Of a stretch of 36,502 nt of DNA, positions 16,448-25,273 are shown in pieces. A program made the translations under genes and the position numbers. A model generated the notes under the pieces. It ran no database searches. It was not told the DNA's origin and saw nothing but the letters and a program-made list of their open reading frames with translations. This DNA is from an uncultured archaeon. Its GTDB lineage: Archaea; Nanobdellota; Nanobdellia; UBA10117; ARS21. Within the stretch, counting starts at the first letter, position 1, and each line of letters starts with the position of its first letter. The DNA lies in contig CAXGHT010000001.1 of assembly GCA_964010235.1 (NCBI GenBank), positions 1 through 36,502 on the forward strand. The letters are read 5' to 3'.

Positions 16448-16456
16448 ATTTATAAG
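16448..16456 (-). promoter_or_regulatory. TATA box for tRNA-Phe
   Basis: CTTATAAAT on the minus strand, centred 26 nt upstream of tRNA position 1. Confidence 0.55.
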
Positions 16457-16504
16457 TGTTTTTGTTAAGGTAATTTATTTATACGCCCGAGACATTAAGA
16501 TTAT

Positions 16505-19195
16505 ATGGTGAATAGGTCGTGGCACACTGCTTCAGCTGATAATATTTATACTGAACTTAGTACGTCAAAAGAGGGAATAACTTCTGTTGAGGCTCAGCAA
16601 AGATTGAAGACCTACGGATCAAATAAGCTTGTAAAAAAGAAAGATTACACAATTTTGAAGATTCTTTTGGGACAATTCAAATCTTTCTTAGTTGGATTAT
16701 TACTTCTAGCAATGTTTGTTTCCTATTTTATTGGAGAACATATTGATGCTTATGTTATTGGAGTTATTATAGTACTGAACGCATTGCTCGGATTTATTCA
16801 AGAATATCGTGCAGACAAAGCTGTCGAGTCTCTGAAGAAATTATCAGCTCCAAAAGCACATGTTATGCGAGATGGCAGAGTTCAGGAAATTGATGCAACT
16901 CAACTTGTTCCTGGAGATATTTTAGTCCTTGCCGAAGGAGATAGAATTCCCGCAGATGCAAGATTGGTTGAAGCACTAAGTCTTGAAGTTGATGAATCTG
17001 CATTAACTGGAGAATCAAACCCGGTTGCTAAACAATCTGAAATTTTAACTGATACAAATCTTACTGTTGCAGATAAGAAGAATATGGTGTTCATGAATAC
17101 TACAATTACTCGTGGACGCGGTACTGCAATTGTTGTTGAAACCGGAATGTCAACAGAAATTGGATTGATTGCTAAAAGTATTTCTGAACAAAAAGCACCA
17201 GAAACTCCACTTCAAAAAAAGCTTGGAGTTGTTGCTAAGAATCTCGGAATCGGTGCATTGGTTGTATCTGGTGCAGTTTTCGGATTAGGAATTCTTAGAG
17301 GCGAGCAAATTGTTGAAATGTTCACCGCTGCAGTTTCATTAGCTGTTGCCGCAGTTCCAGAAGGATTACCTGCTGTTGTTACTATTACTCTTGCTTTAGG
17401 TTTGAGACGAATGGCTAAATCTAATGCTTTAATTCGAAAGCTTCCTGTCGTTGAAACTCTAGGTAGTGCGACAGTTATTTGCTCAGATAAAACTGGGACT
17501 TTAACTAAAAATGAGATGACTGTTGAACAAATTTACACCTCTGGAAATCTGATTAAAGTTTCCGGTCAAGGCTACACTCCTGAAGGAGATTTTTCATTAG
17601 GTTCGAAGAAACTTAACATTTCTAACTCAAAGAGTCTGACTCTGGCACTTCGTTCCGGAACTTTGTGTACAACTGCAAATTTGTATAACGATGATGCTAA
17701 AGGATGGTATATTAATGGAGATCCTACTGAAGGAGCCTTGATTGTTTCTGCAAGAAAGGCGGGAATTGATAAAGAGTTATTGAAAACAGAACACAAGTTT
17801 ATTTCAGAATTACCTTTTGATTCCAATCGTAAAATGATGTCGGTGATATATGAATTACAAAATAAACGTATTGCATATATTAAGGGAGCACCTGAAATTT
17901 TCTTGGAAAAGGCAAGTCATGTTTATACTGAAAAGGGTCTTAAAAAATTAACAAAAACTGAGAGAGAAAAAATTCACAAAGTTTTGGAAGCAATGTCAAA
18001 TGAAGCATTAAGAGTTTTAGCAGTTGGTTACAAATACTTACCTGAAAAAGATAAGTACACTGCTAAAGAAGTTGAGACTCAAATTGTTTTTGTCGGACTT
18101 CAGGCAATGATTGATCCTGCTCGTCCTGAAGCCAAGCCTGCGATTGCTAAATGTACTACTGCTGGAATCCAAACAATTATGATTACTGGAGATCATGCAA
18201 GTACTGCTTCTGCGATTGCGAGAGAACTCGGAATATTAGAAGATAAAGGTAAAGTTGTTGTTGGAAAGGACTTGGAAAATATGTCTGATGAAGAACTTGA
18301 GAAGATTGTCGACACGGTTAGAGTTTTTGCAAGAGTTTCACCTCAACATAAATTAAGAATTGTTTATGCTTTGAAAAAGAAAGGACATGTTGTTGCGATG
18401 ACTGGAGACGGAGTTAATGATGCTCCGGCGTTGAAGGCGGCGGATATTGGAGTCGCAATGGGAATCAATGGAACTGATGTTGCCAAAGATTCTGCAGATA
18501 TGGTTTTAGCAGATGATAATTTTGCTTCAATTGTTTCAGCAGTTGAAGAAGGACGAGGAATCTTCGATAATGTCAAACACTTTATTCGCTATCTACTTTC
18601 TAGTAATGTTGGTGAAGTTATGGCCATTTTTGTAGCCATGCTAATTGGATTACCTCTCCCTTTAATTGCAGTTCAAATTCTTTTGATGAATCTTCTTACT
18701 GACGGCTTGCCTGCACTTGCTTTAGGTGTTGACCCTCCTGTTTCAGGAATTATGAATCGACCACCGCGAGATCCTAAAGAAGGCGCAATCACTCGAAGTA
18801 CTTGGATGTTTTCAATTTTAGTTGGTTTGACTATGATGGTCGGCACAGTTGGAGTCTTCTGGGCAAATCTTGCCGGAAGTGTAGAACATGCACGAACTTT
18901 AGCATTCACTACCCTAGTAATGTTCCAAATGTTTAACATCTTTAACTCGCGAGCAGAGAGATCAATCCTGAAAGATACTCATGCAATTTTCAATAACAAA
19001 GCATTACTGCTTGCAATACTAGGTTCAATTTCATTACAAGTATTAATTGTTCATTGGTCAGTTCTCCAAGTTTACTTTGAAACTGTTGGATTGTCAGCAA
19101 TGGATTGGATAACTGCAATTCTAATAGGAGCATCTGTAATTCTAGTTGTTGAAGTGAAAAAACTGTCCGTAGTTCAAAAGAGTTTTAAAGCTTAA
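16505..19195 (+). CDS. P-type cation-transporting ATPase (P2-type, Ca2+/cation pump-like)
   Basis: Phosphorylation motif CSDKTGTLT, TGES, MITGD, hinge GDGVNDAPALK, about 10 TM segments, cation-ATPase N-terminal domain. Confidence 0.93.
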   Translation: MVNRSWHTASADNIYTELSTSKEGITSVEAQQRLKTYGSNKLVKKKDYTILKILLGQFKSFLVGLLLLAMFVSYFIGEHIDAYVIGVIIVLNALLGFIQEYRADKAVESLKKLSAPKAHVMRDGRVQEIDATQLVPGDILVLAEGDRIPADARLVEALSLEVDESALTGESNPVAKQSEILTDTNLTVADKKNMVFMNTTITRGRGTAIVVETGMSTEIGLIAKSISEQKAPETPLQKKLGVVAKNLGIGALVVSGAVFGLGILRGEQIVEMFTAAVSLAVAAVPEGLPAVVTITLALGLRRMAKSNALIRKLPVVETLGSATVICSDKTGTLTKNEMTVEQIYTSGNLIKVSGQGYTPEGDFSLGSKKLNISNSKSLTLALRSGTLCTTANLYNDDAKGWYINGDPTEGALIVSARKAGIDKELLKTEHKFISELPFDSNRKMMSVIYELQNKRIAYIKGAPEIFLEKASHVYTEKGLKKLTKTEREKIHKVLEAMSNEALRVLAVGYKYLPEKDKYTAKEVETQIVFVGLQAMIDPARPEAKPAIAKCTTAGIQTIMITGDHASTASAIARELGILEDKGKVVVGKDLENMSDEELEKIVDTVRVFARVSPQHKLRIVYALKKKGHVVAMTGDGVNDAPALKAADIGVAMGINGTDVAKDSADMVLADDNFASIVSAVEEGRGIFDNVKHFIRYLLSSNVGEVMAIFVAMLIGLPLPLIAVQILLMNLLTDGLPALALGVDPPVSGIMNRPPRDPKEGAITRSTWMFSILVGLTMMVGTVGVFWANLAGSVEHARTLAFTTLVMFQMFNIFNSRAERSILKDTHAIFNNKALLLAILGSISLQVLIVHWSVLQVYFETVGLSAMDWITAILIGASVILVVEVKKLSVVQKSFKA

Positions 19196-19210
19196 TTTGG
19201 ACTTCAGTCC

Positions 19211-19864
19211 ATGGTTAAAATCAAAAAGGGCGACTTAATTGAACTAGATTTCATTGGAAGATTCAAAGAAACTGGCGAAGTATTTGACTTAACTATTGAA
19301 GAAGTTGCTAAGAAAGAAAAACTAAAAGGTCCGGAAAATTTTAAATTTGGTCCGATGAAAGTCTTTGTTGGTTCAGGACAATTATTGAAAGGAATTGATA
19401 ATAAATTAATTGGGTCCGAAATTGGAGCTGAGCAAGATTTTGATTTGAAAGCTGAAGAAGCTTTTGGAAAACGTAATCCAAAATTAATTCAACTTGTATC
19501 AATTAACAAATTGAAGAAGCACAATTTGAACCCAATTGTTGGAATGCAATTAAATGTTGATGGAAGAGTTGCAGTAGTAAGATCAGTTACTGGCGGAAGA
19601 GTTATTCTTGACTTTAATCACCCATTTTCAGGCAAAGAAGTTAATTATTGGCTAAAACCTCAAAAAATTATCTCAGACCTTAAAGAAAAGGTGGGACTTG
19701 CTATGGAATTGATTGGATTCAAAGCAGATAATCTGAAAGTAGATAAAGGTAAAGTTACGCTTAAACTAGCTAACAAAGATAAGCTTGGCGACAAATTCTT
19801 TGACATGCTCGAGAAGCAGATTAAATTAATGGTACCAGAAGTCAAATCTGTTACTGTTGCGTAG
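19211..19864 (+). CDS. long-type archaeal FKBP peptidyl-prolyl isomerase/chaperone
   Basis: MVKIKKGDLIELDFIGRFKETGEVFDLT..., IF-domain-like insert, FNHPFSGKEVNYWLK, extra C-terminal domain. Confidence 0.8.
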   Translation: MVKIKKGDLIELDFIGRFKETGEVFDLTIEEVAKKEKLKGPENFKFGPMKVFVGSGQLLKGIDNKLIGSEIGAEQDFDLKAEEAFGKRNPKLIQLVSINKLKKHNLNPIVGMQLNVDGRVAVVRSVTGGRVILDFNHPFSGKEVNYWLKPQKIISDLKEKVGLAMELIGFKADNLKVDKGKVTLKLANKDKLGDKFFDMLEKQIKLMVPEVKSVTVA

Positions 19865-19923
19865 TGTTCTTTTAATCGTAATAATGCTTATAAAAATCTG
19901 AATGATATCTAAATCAAGCTAGA

Positions 19924-21180
19924 ATGGACCCTTATGACGATTATTCAGATAATGTCGATTACAACACTAGCCCAGACACTAATACTGACACAAGTTATGA
20001 TTCTACAGATACAAGTTATGATTCATTTGGAAGTGATACTTCAACAGATAGCTTCTTGAATGAGCCTGCGGCACCAGCACAGGATAGTTTTAGTAATACT
20101 GGCTTTGATGCCCCGGCTGATGTTTCAAGCTTGAGCAAAGATGATGAAGAACTTGAGAAAGTTCTTGCAAATCGTAAAGCTCGAATAAAAGTAATTGGTT
20201 GCGGAGGAGCAGGAAATAATACAATTTCTAGAATTTCTGAAATCGGAGTTACTGGTGCAGAAATTATCGCGATAAATACTGATGCTCAAGATTTACTAAA
20301 TGCAACTGCTGATCGTAAGCTGTTGATTGGAAAAGATTTGACTCAAGGATTGGGTGCAGGTTCTGATCCGCGAATAGGAAAAGATGCTGCGAAAGAATCT
20401 CAAAAAGAAATTAAAGAAGCTTTACAAGATTCTCATATGATATTTATTACTGGTGGACTTGGAGGAGGAACAGGAACTGGATGTATGCCTGAAGTTGCAA
20501 GCATTGCAAAGAAGATGGGCGTTTTGACTGTTGCTGTGGTCACCCTGCCTTTTGAAATGGAAGGAGTTCTTCGACACGAAAATGCAATGGTCGGTCTTGA
20601 AGAACTTGAAGGTTTAGTTGATACTTTGATTTTGATTCCGAATGACAAGTTGATTGAACTTGCTCCAGACTTACCTCTACACACTGCGTTCAAAGTTGCA
20701 GATGAAATTTTGACTAATGCAGTTAAAGGTATTGCGGAGCTAATTACAAAACCCGGGCTAATAAATTTAGATTTTGCAGATATTAAAGCTGTAATGAGTT
20801 CTGGAGGAATTGCTATGATTGGACTTGGTGAAAGCGATACAGAAAACAGAGCTATTGAATCTGTTGAAAAAGCACTAAGTAATCCTTTGCTAGATGTTGA
20901 AGTTTCTGGAGCAACAGGTGCTTTGATTAATGTTATTGGTGGTCCAGACATGACTCTTGATGAAGCTAAGAAGGTTGTTGAAAATGTTACTGAACGTCTT
21001 GATGAGAATGCTAAGATTATTTGGGGAGCTCAATTGAGTCCAGAGTTACAAAATTCAGTACGGACAATGTTAGTAGTTGTAGGAGTTAAATCTCCACAAA
21101 TTTTTGGTCCTAAGAGAACTATGTCTCATAAAAAACAAGAAGATATGGAAGGAAACTTTGGAATTAAGTTTATAGACTGA
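19924..21180 (+). CDS. ftsZ: cell division GTPase FtsZ with an acidic N-terminal extension of about 85 aa
   Basis: GCGGAGNN, tubulin signature GGLGGGTGTG, NTDAQ, typical C-terminal domain. Confidence 0.95.
   Translation: MDPYDDYSDNVDYNTSPDTNTDTSYDSTDTSYDSFGSDTSTDSFLNEPAAPAQDSFSNTGFDAPADVSSLSKDDEELEKVLANRKARIKVIGCGGAGNNTISRISEIGVTGAEIIAINTDAQDLLNATADRKLLIGKDLTQGLGAGSDPRIGKDAAKESQKEIKEALQDSHMIFITGGLGGGTGTGCMPEVASIAKKMGVLTVAVVTLPFEMEGVLRHENAMVGLEELEGLVDTLILIPNDKLIELAPDLPLHTAFKVADEILTNAVKGIAELITKPGLINLDFADIKAVMSSGGIAMIGLGESDTENRAIESVEKALSNPLLDVEVSGATGALINVIGGPDMTLDEAKKVVENVTERLDENAKIIWGAQLSPELQNSVRTMLVVVGVKSPQIFGPKRTMSHKKQEDMEGNFGIKFID
19987..20028 (+). repeat. two tandem 21-nt units inside the ftsZ 5' extension
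   Basis: GACACAAGTTATGATTCTACA / GATACAAGTTATGATTCATTT encode DTSYDST / DTSYDSF. Confidence 0.7.
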
Positions 21181-21515
21181 TGGAATTTGATGAATATCAA
21201 AGGAAAACAAAAGAAACTGCAATTTATCCGCGAGACAATCCGATGACAGCTTTAAGTTATGCAACGTTAGGTCTTGTTGGTGAATCTGGAGAAATTGCCA
21301 ATAAAGTAAAGAAAATTATTCGAGACCAAAAAGGAGATATTAATCAAGAATCCAAGGATAACTTGGGAAAAGAATTGGGAGATGTTTTATGGTATGTTTC
21401 TGCTCTTGCTACGGAGTTGGGAGTAAGTTTAAGCTCGGTGGCTAGCGATAATCTCGATAAATTATTCTCTAGAAAAGAACGTGGAACTTTGAGCGGAAGC
21501 GGTGATAATCGCTAA
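21180..21515 (+). CDS. MazG-like nucleoside triphosphate pyrophosphohydrolase (small all-alpha type)
   Basis: GLVGESGEIANKVKK and ELGDVLWYVSALATELG motifs. ATG overlaps the ftsZ TGA (TGATG). Confidence 0.8.
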   Translation: MEFDEYQRKTKETAIYPRDNPMTALSYATLGLVGESGEIANKVKKIIRDQKGDINQESKDNLGKELGDVLWYVSALATELGVSLSSVASDNLDKLFSRKERGTLSGSGDNR

Positions 21516-21528
21516 GTTCACTGGAAAG

Positions 21529-21538
21529 CTTTATAAAT
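21529..21538 (+). promoter_or_regulatory. TATA box for the secE-spt5-L11 unit
   Basis: CTTTATAAAT centred 25 nt upstream of the secE ATG (leaderless spacing). Confidence 0.5.
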
Positions 21539-21558
21539 GAAACTTCTCAGTTTTAGGT

Positions 21559-21798
21559 ATGGTTTCACCTATTCAAATTGACGCACCAGAAATACATATA
21601 CCAAAGCCAAAAGAATGGCCGGGTTTGATGCAAAGAAAACTTCGAGAGTATAAGCGAGTGCTATCTATTACAAAGAAACCATCTATGGATGAGTTCAAAG
21701 CCATCGTAAAAGTAACTGGATTGGGAATGGCAGTCATTGGCCTAATTGGGTTTGTGATTTTCATGATTGTCCAAGGAATGGGAAACTTAGGAATATGA
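21559..21798 (+). CDS. secE: protein translocase subunit SecE / Sec61-gamma
   Basis: EYKRVLSITKKPSMDEFKAIVKVTGLGMAVIGLIGFVIFMI: amphipathic segment plus a single TM. Canonical position upstream of spt5. Confidence 0.8.
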   Translation: MVSPIQIDAPEIHIPKPKEWPGLMQRKLREYKRVLSITKKPSMDEFKAIVKVTGLGMAVIGLIGFVIFMIVQGMGNLGI

Positions 21799-22241
21799 CA
21801 ATATTTACAATAAGAACAGCAATTGGAAGAGAAGAACAAGTAGTTGATTTTCTATCAACTAATGCAGAAAAGTCAGACGGAATTCATGCTATTTTAAGTC
21901 CACACGGAGTTGTGGGATATATCTTTATTGAAGCAGACTCAGTTACTGATGTGCAACATATTTCTTATCGAGTTCCTTATGTTCGAGGAGTTTTAACAAA
22001 ACCAGTTACAATTGATGCTATTGATCACTTGATTGAATTCAAACCAGAAAATGTAGATATTCAACTTGGAGATACTGTCGAAATTATTGGCGGTCCATTC
22101 AAAGGTGAACGAGGAAGAGTTACTAGACTTAAGACTGAAAAATCTGAAGTTATTGTTGAGTTGCTTGAGGCAGCTGTACCTATTCCGATAACTTTAAATC
22201 TTGACTCAGTAAAAGTCGTTGGTAAGGAGAATCGAGAATAA
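21795..22241 (+). CDS. spt5: transcription elongation factor Spt5 (NusG)
   Basis: NGN domain (IFTIRTAIGREEQV...) and KOW motif GDTVEIIGGPFKGERGRVTRL. Overlaps secE by 4 nt. Confidence 0.92.
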   Translation: MTIFTIRTAIGREEQVVDFLSTNAEKSDGIHAILSPHGVVGYIFIEADSVTDVQHISYRVPYVRGVLTKPVTIDAIDHLIEFKPENVDIQLGDTVEIIGGPFKGERGRVTRLKTEKSEVIVELLEAAVPIPITLNLDSVKVVGKENRE

Positions 22242-22723
22242 TGGCAGAAACAATTGAATTGCAAGTTAAAGGCGGACAAGCATCTGGCGGTCCACCATTA
22301 GGTCCAAAATTAGGACCAACAGGAATTAATATTCAAGACGTAGTCGGAGCAATCAATGAAAAAACTGCTGCGATGAAAGGCATGAGCATTCCAGTCAAAG
22401 TTCATATTAATACTGATGATAAATCTTTTGAAATCGAAATCGGAACACCTCCAACTGCAGGTCTAATTCTGAAAGAGCTAGGAATCCAAAAAGGTTCAGG
22501 AGCTCCAGGAACAGAATTCGTTGCAGATATGACTATTGAACAAGCACTAAATGTTGCAGATATTAAATTCTCAGGAATTTTAGCAAAGTCTCGTAAAGCA
22601 GCTCTGAAAGAAGTTATTGGAGTTTGTAACGCAATGGGAGTTAAAGTCAATGGTGAAGAACCTGATAAAGCTTCTAAACTAATTGGCGAAGGTAAGTGGG
22701 ATAATTTAATTCCTGCTAAGTAA
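22241..22723 (+). CDS. rpl11: ribosomal protein uL11
   Basis: GGQASGGPPLGPKLGPTGINI... typical uL11. AAGGAG lies 14 nt upstream. Overlaps the spt5 stop (TAATG). Confidence 0.95.
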   Translation: MAETIELQVKGGQASGGPPLGPKLGPTGINIQDVVGAINEKTAAMKGMSIPVKVHINTDDKSFEIEIGTPPTAGLILKELGIQKGSGAPGTEFVADMTIEQALNVADIKFSGILAKSRKAALKEVIGVCNAMGVKVNGEEPDKASKLIGEGKWDNLIPAK

Positions 22724-22728
22724 TTTTT

Positions 22729-25236
22729 TTATTTTCTTTTAAATTTCCTTAGTTCCTTTCTCAGACTTTTCCATGTTGAAAATAATTCTTCTACAGCCTC
22801 GGGAATTGGTTGAACTTTAATTTTTGGAACAGGTTTATTTAATTTCTTACTCATTTCTCGCATTTCCTTAATGAATCTAGCAATTGTTTTTGGTAAATGC
22901 TCTTTCTGAGCTTTCAATATTTTTGCAGCAGCATAAATTTCTTCAAGAGTAACATTTCCAGATCTTGCTCCAAATGCTGAAAGTATTTCTGAACCCAATC
23001 TCTTTTCTTCCTCCTCAAGTTGCTTTGCAATCTCTCCAGAGACGTATGATATTCTAATTACTCCGTCCTGAATTCTTTTTGAACCTAAAAGTTTTATCTG
23101 ACCGATTTCTTTAGTGTTATCTAAATGAGTTCCTCCACAAGCTTGCGCATCAAAACCTTTAACATGAACAACTCTAACTTCTCCACCCGGAACAAAGCCA
23201 CCCTGATATAATGTAAATCCAAATCTTTTTTCTGCCAAATCTTTTGATAGGATTTCCTTTTCTACAATAATTTTATCTTGGACTGCTTTATTTGCAACTT
23301 TTTCTATTTTCTTAAGTTGTTTACCCGTCAAAGAATCAAAGTGAGTGATATCTAACCGTCCTCTTTCTTCATTTACATCTGAACCCGCTTGCCAAATGTG
23401 TTTTCCAAGAACTTTACGTGCTGCACCACCAATTACGTGCGTTGCAGTATGATGCTTCATCGTGTTTGTCCTACGCTCATCATCAATTCTACCAATTACT
23501 TCATCACCTTCTTTGAAATCAATATTTTCAACCTCATGCATTATGTAAGGTCCTTGATTAAAAGTATTTACAACACGATTCATGTTTAAGGAACCGCTGT
23601 CAAAATTTTGCCCACCACTTGTTGCGTAGAATAACGTCTTATCAAGTATTACATATCGATTATCGATTATCTTGAGAACTTTTGCATCAAATTCTCTTGC
23701 ACGTTCATCCAACCAGAATAGTTTTGTTGTTTGAGGAATCCCTTCAAAAGTTAGGTCTTTCTCTTCCTCAAGTTTTGGTCCGCTTCGTTTTTCATGTCGT
23801 TCTGCAACCTTCATATAGAAATCTGATGGAACCTTTATTTTTCCCTTTGAAGCTTCAGATAATTCTTCAGGAGTAATACCTTGAGAATCATACAATTCTA
23901 ATAATTTAGTTTCATCAACAGTTGTTTTGATTACCTTTGAAATTATTCTTTTGCTTACGATTTTGGATTGGTTATATTTTCTTTCTTCTGCCTTAAGAAT
24001 TTCTTGAACTGAATTTACACTTTTTGATAGTTCAGGATATTGAGGTTTTAATTCTTTAGCATGAAGTTCAATAAGTTTGGAATAATCAAGTTTTACATTA
24101 TACTTGTTTGCGAAGTCCATGCTTCTTCGATAAATACTTCTAAGATTGTAACCCCCTCCGGAATTTGAAGGTAGTGCTCCGTCTGCCAATGCAAACAATA
24201 AGGTTCTAGAGTGATCTGCGATTGCGTATAGTGAAGAGATGGGATATATTTCTTCTTTTAATTTGTTTTTAGAATACCCAATTTTTCTTGCAGTACTCGT
24301 CCACATTTTTTCTATATCATCAACTTCATCAACATTAAGATTTCCTGAAACTGGAACGAACTTTGTCCATAAATCCATATCTGGTTTTCTCCCAGATTGT
24401 TTGTAAAGATACTTCACAGTTTGAGGCATTGTAAGTTCAAAATTTATTGGTTTTCCTGAAGTCAGCCACGGATAACGTTCTTGCCCTGAACCCATATCAA
24501 GAACATTTATATCTAAATCTTTGTAACCAGTTGGAGTAACTTTGTAAGTCATGTAAACTTGATTTCCTAATTCGACCCCGCGGGAAAAATATTCTAAAGA
24601 AACACCAAGATTTCCTCCACCACCCCATTGATCTTCATGAAATTGAATTTCATTTAACGGAAGTTTTACTCCTTTTGTTAGCCAAGTAATTATGTCTGAA
24701 AGATATTTTTCTTTATCATATTTTTCAGGAGATTGAAATGCATGTTGACCAAGATGAAAATGTGTTGAATAATGTCTTCCAGTAATTCCAACATTATCAA
24801 TATCATTAAATCTTAAAGATGGCTGAGACATTACTAAAGGATTTGCGGGAGGACTAACTACTCCGCCAACCACGAAAGGTTGAAATGCATAAATTGAAGC
24901 TTGAGTAAACCACGTATCGTCTCTCCAACGTGCAACAGTCGGATACCTTTTAATTGGAGTGTAACCTAAACTCTTCATTGTTGAAGAAAATTTATTCCAA
25001 GTTTCTAAATAACCAATTTTTGACTTTGTTGGAGAATCATTAATAAATGAATAACCTCCACTACATTCTGGTTCGCCGCAAGTTTTTCTAGAAACTGTTG
25101 ACCAGAAAAAAGTATCGCATTTAGAACATTTAGCTCTATTAAATCCATTATCTTTCAGAACTTGAATGGGATAAAAGTTCTCAGGAGTTTTACTTGCTTG
25201 CTTTTTCAAGTCCAGCTTTAATTCTTTCAAGCTCAT
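22729..25236 (-). CDS. alaS: alanyl-tRNA synthetase (archaeal type, 835 aa)
   Basis: Archaeal AlaRS N-terminal Cys cluster CSKCDT...CGEPEC. Editing-domain motifs HHTATH and CGGTH. Confidence 0.95.
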   Translation of the reverse strand: MSLKELKLDLKKQASKTPENFYPIQVLKDNGFNRAKCSKCDTFFWSTVSRKTCGEPECSGGYSFINDSPTKSKIGYLETWNKFSSTMKSLGYTPIKRYPTVARWRDDTWFTQASIYAFQPFVVGGVVSPPANPLVMSQPSLRFNDIDNVGITGRHYSTHFHLGQHAFQSPEKYDKEKYLSDIITWLTKGVKLPLNEIQFHEDQWGGGGNLGVSLEYFSRGVELGNQVYMTYKVTPTGYKDLDINVLDMGSGQERYPWLTSGKPINFELTMPQTVKYLYKQSGRKPDMDLWTKFVPVSGNLNVDEVDDIEKMWTSTARKIGYSKNKLKEEIYPISSLYAIADHSRTLLFALADGALPSNSGGGYNLRSIYRRSMDFANKYNVKLDYSKLIELHAKELKPQYPELSKSVNSVQEILKAEERKYNQSKIVSKRIISKVIKTTVDETKLLELYDSQGITPEELSEASKGKIKVPSDFYMKVAERHEKRSGPKLEEEKDLTFEGIPQTTKLFWLDERAREFDAKVLKIIDNRYVILDKTLFYATSGGQNFDSGSLNMNRVVNTFNQGPYIMHEVENIDFKEGDEVIGRIDDERRTNTMKHHTATHVIGGAARKVLGKHIWQAGSDVNEERGRLDITHFDSLTGKQLKKIEKVANKAVQDKIIVEKEILSKDLAEKRFGFTLYQGGFVPGGEVRVVHVKGFDAQACGGTHLDNTKEIGQIKLLGSKRIQDGVIRISYVSGEIAKQLEEEEKRLGSEILSAFGARSGNVTLEEIYAAAKILKAQKEHLPKTIARFIKEMREMSKKLNKPVPKIKVQPIPEAVEELFSTWKSLRKELRKFKRK

Positions 25237-25273
25237 GAATAATACTAGATAGAGAATTTATTAAGAGTTTGTA

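Noticed and set aside
20433-20951. 172-aa antisense ORF inside ftsZ, and similar antisense or alternative-frame ORFs (for example 5645..5866, 10883..11134, 17572..17826, 18673..18939, 22402..22650)
   Set aside because: All are fully nested in strongly supported conserved genes, have Ser/Pro/Ile-rich low-complexity translations and lack promoter signals.
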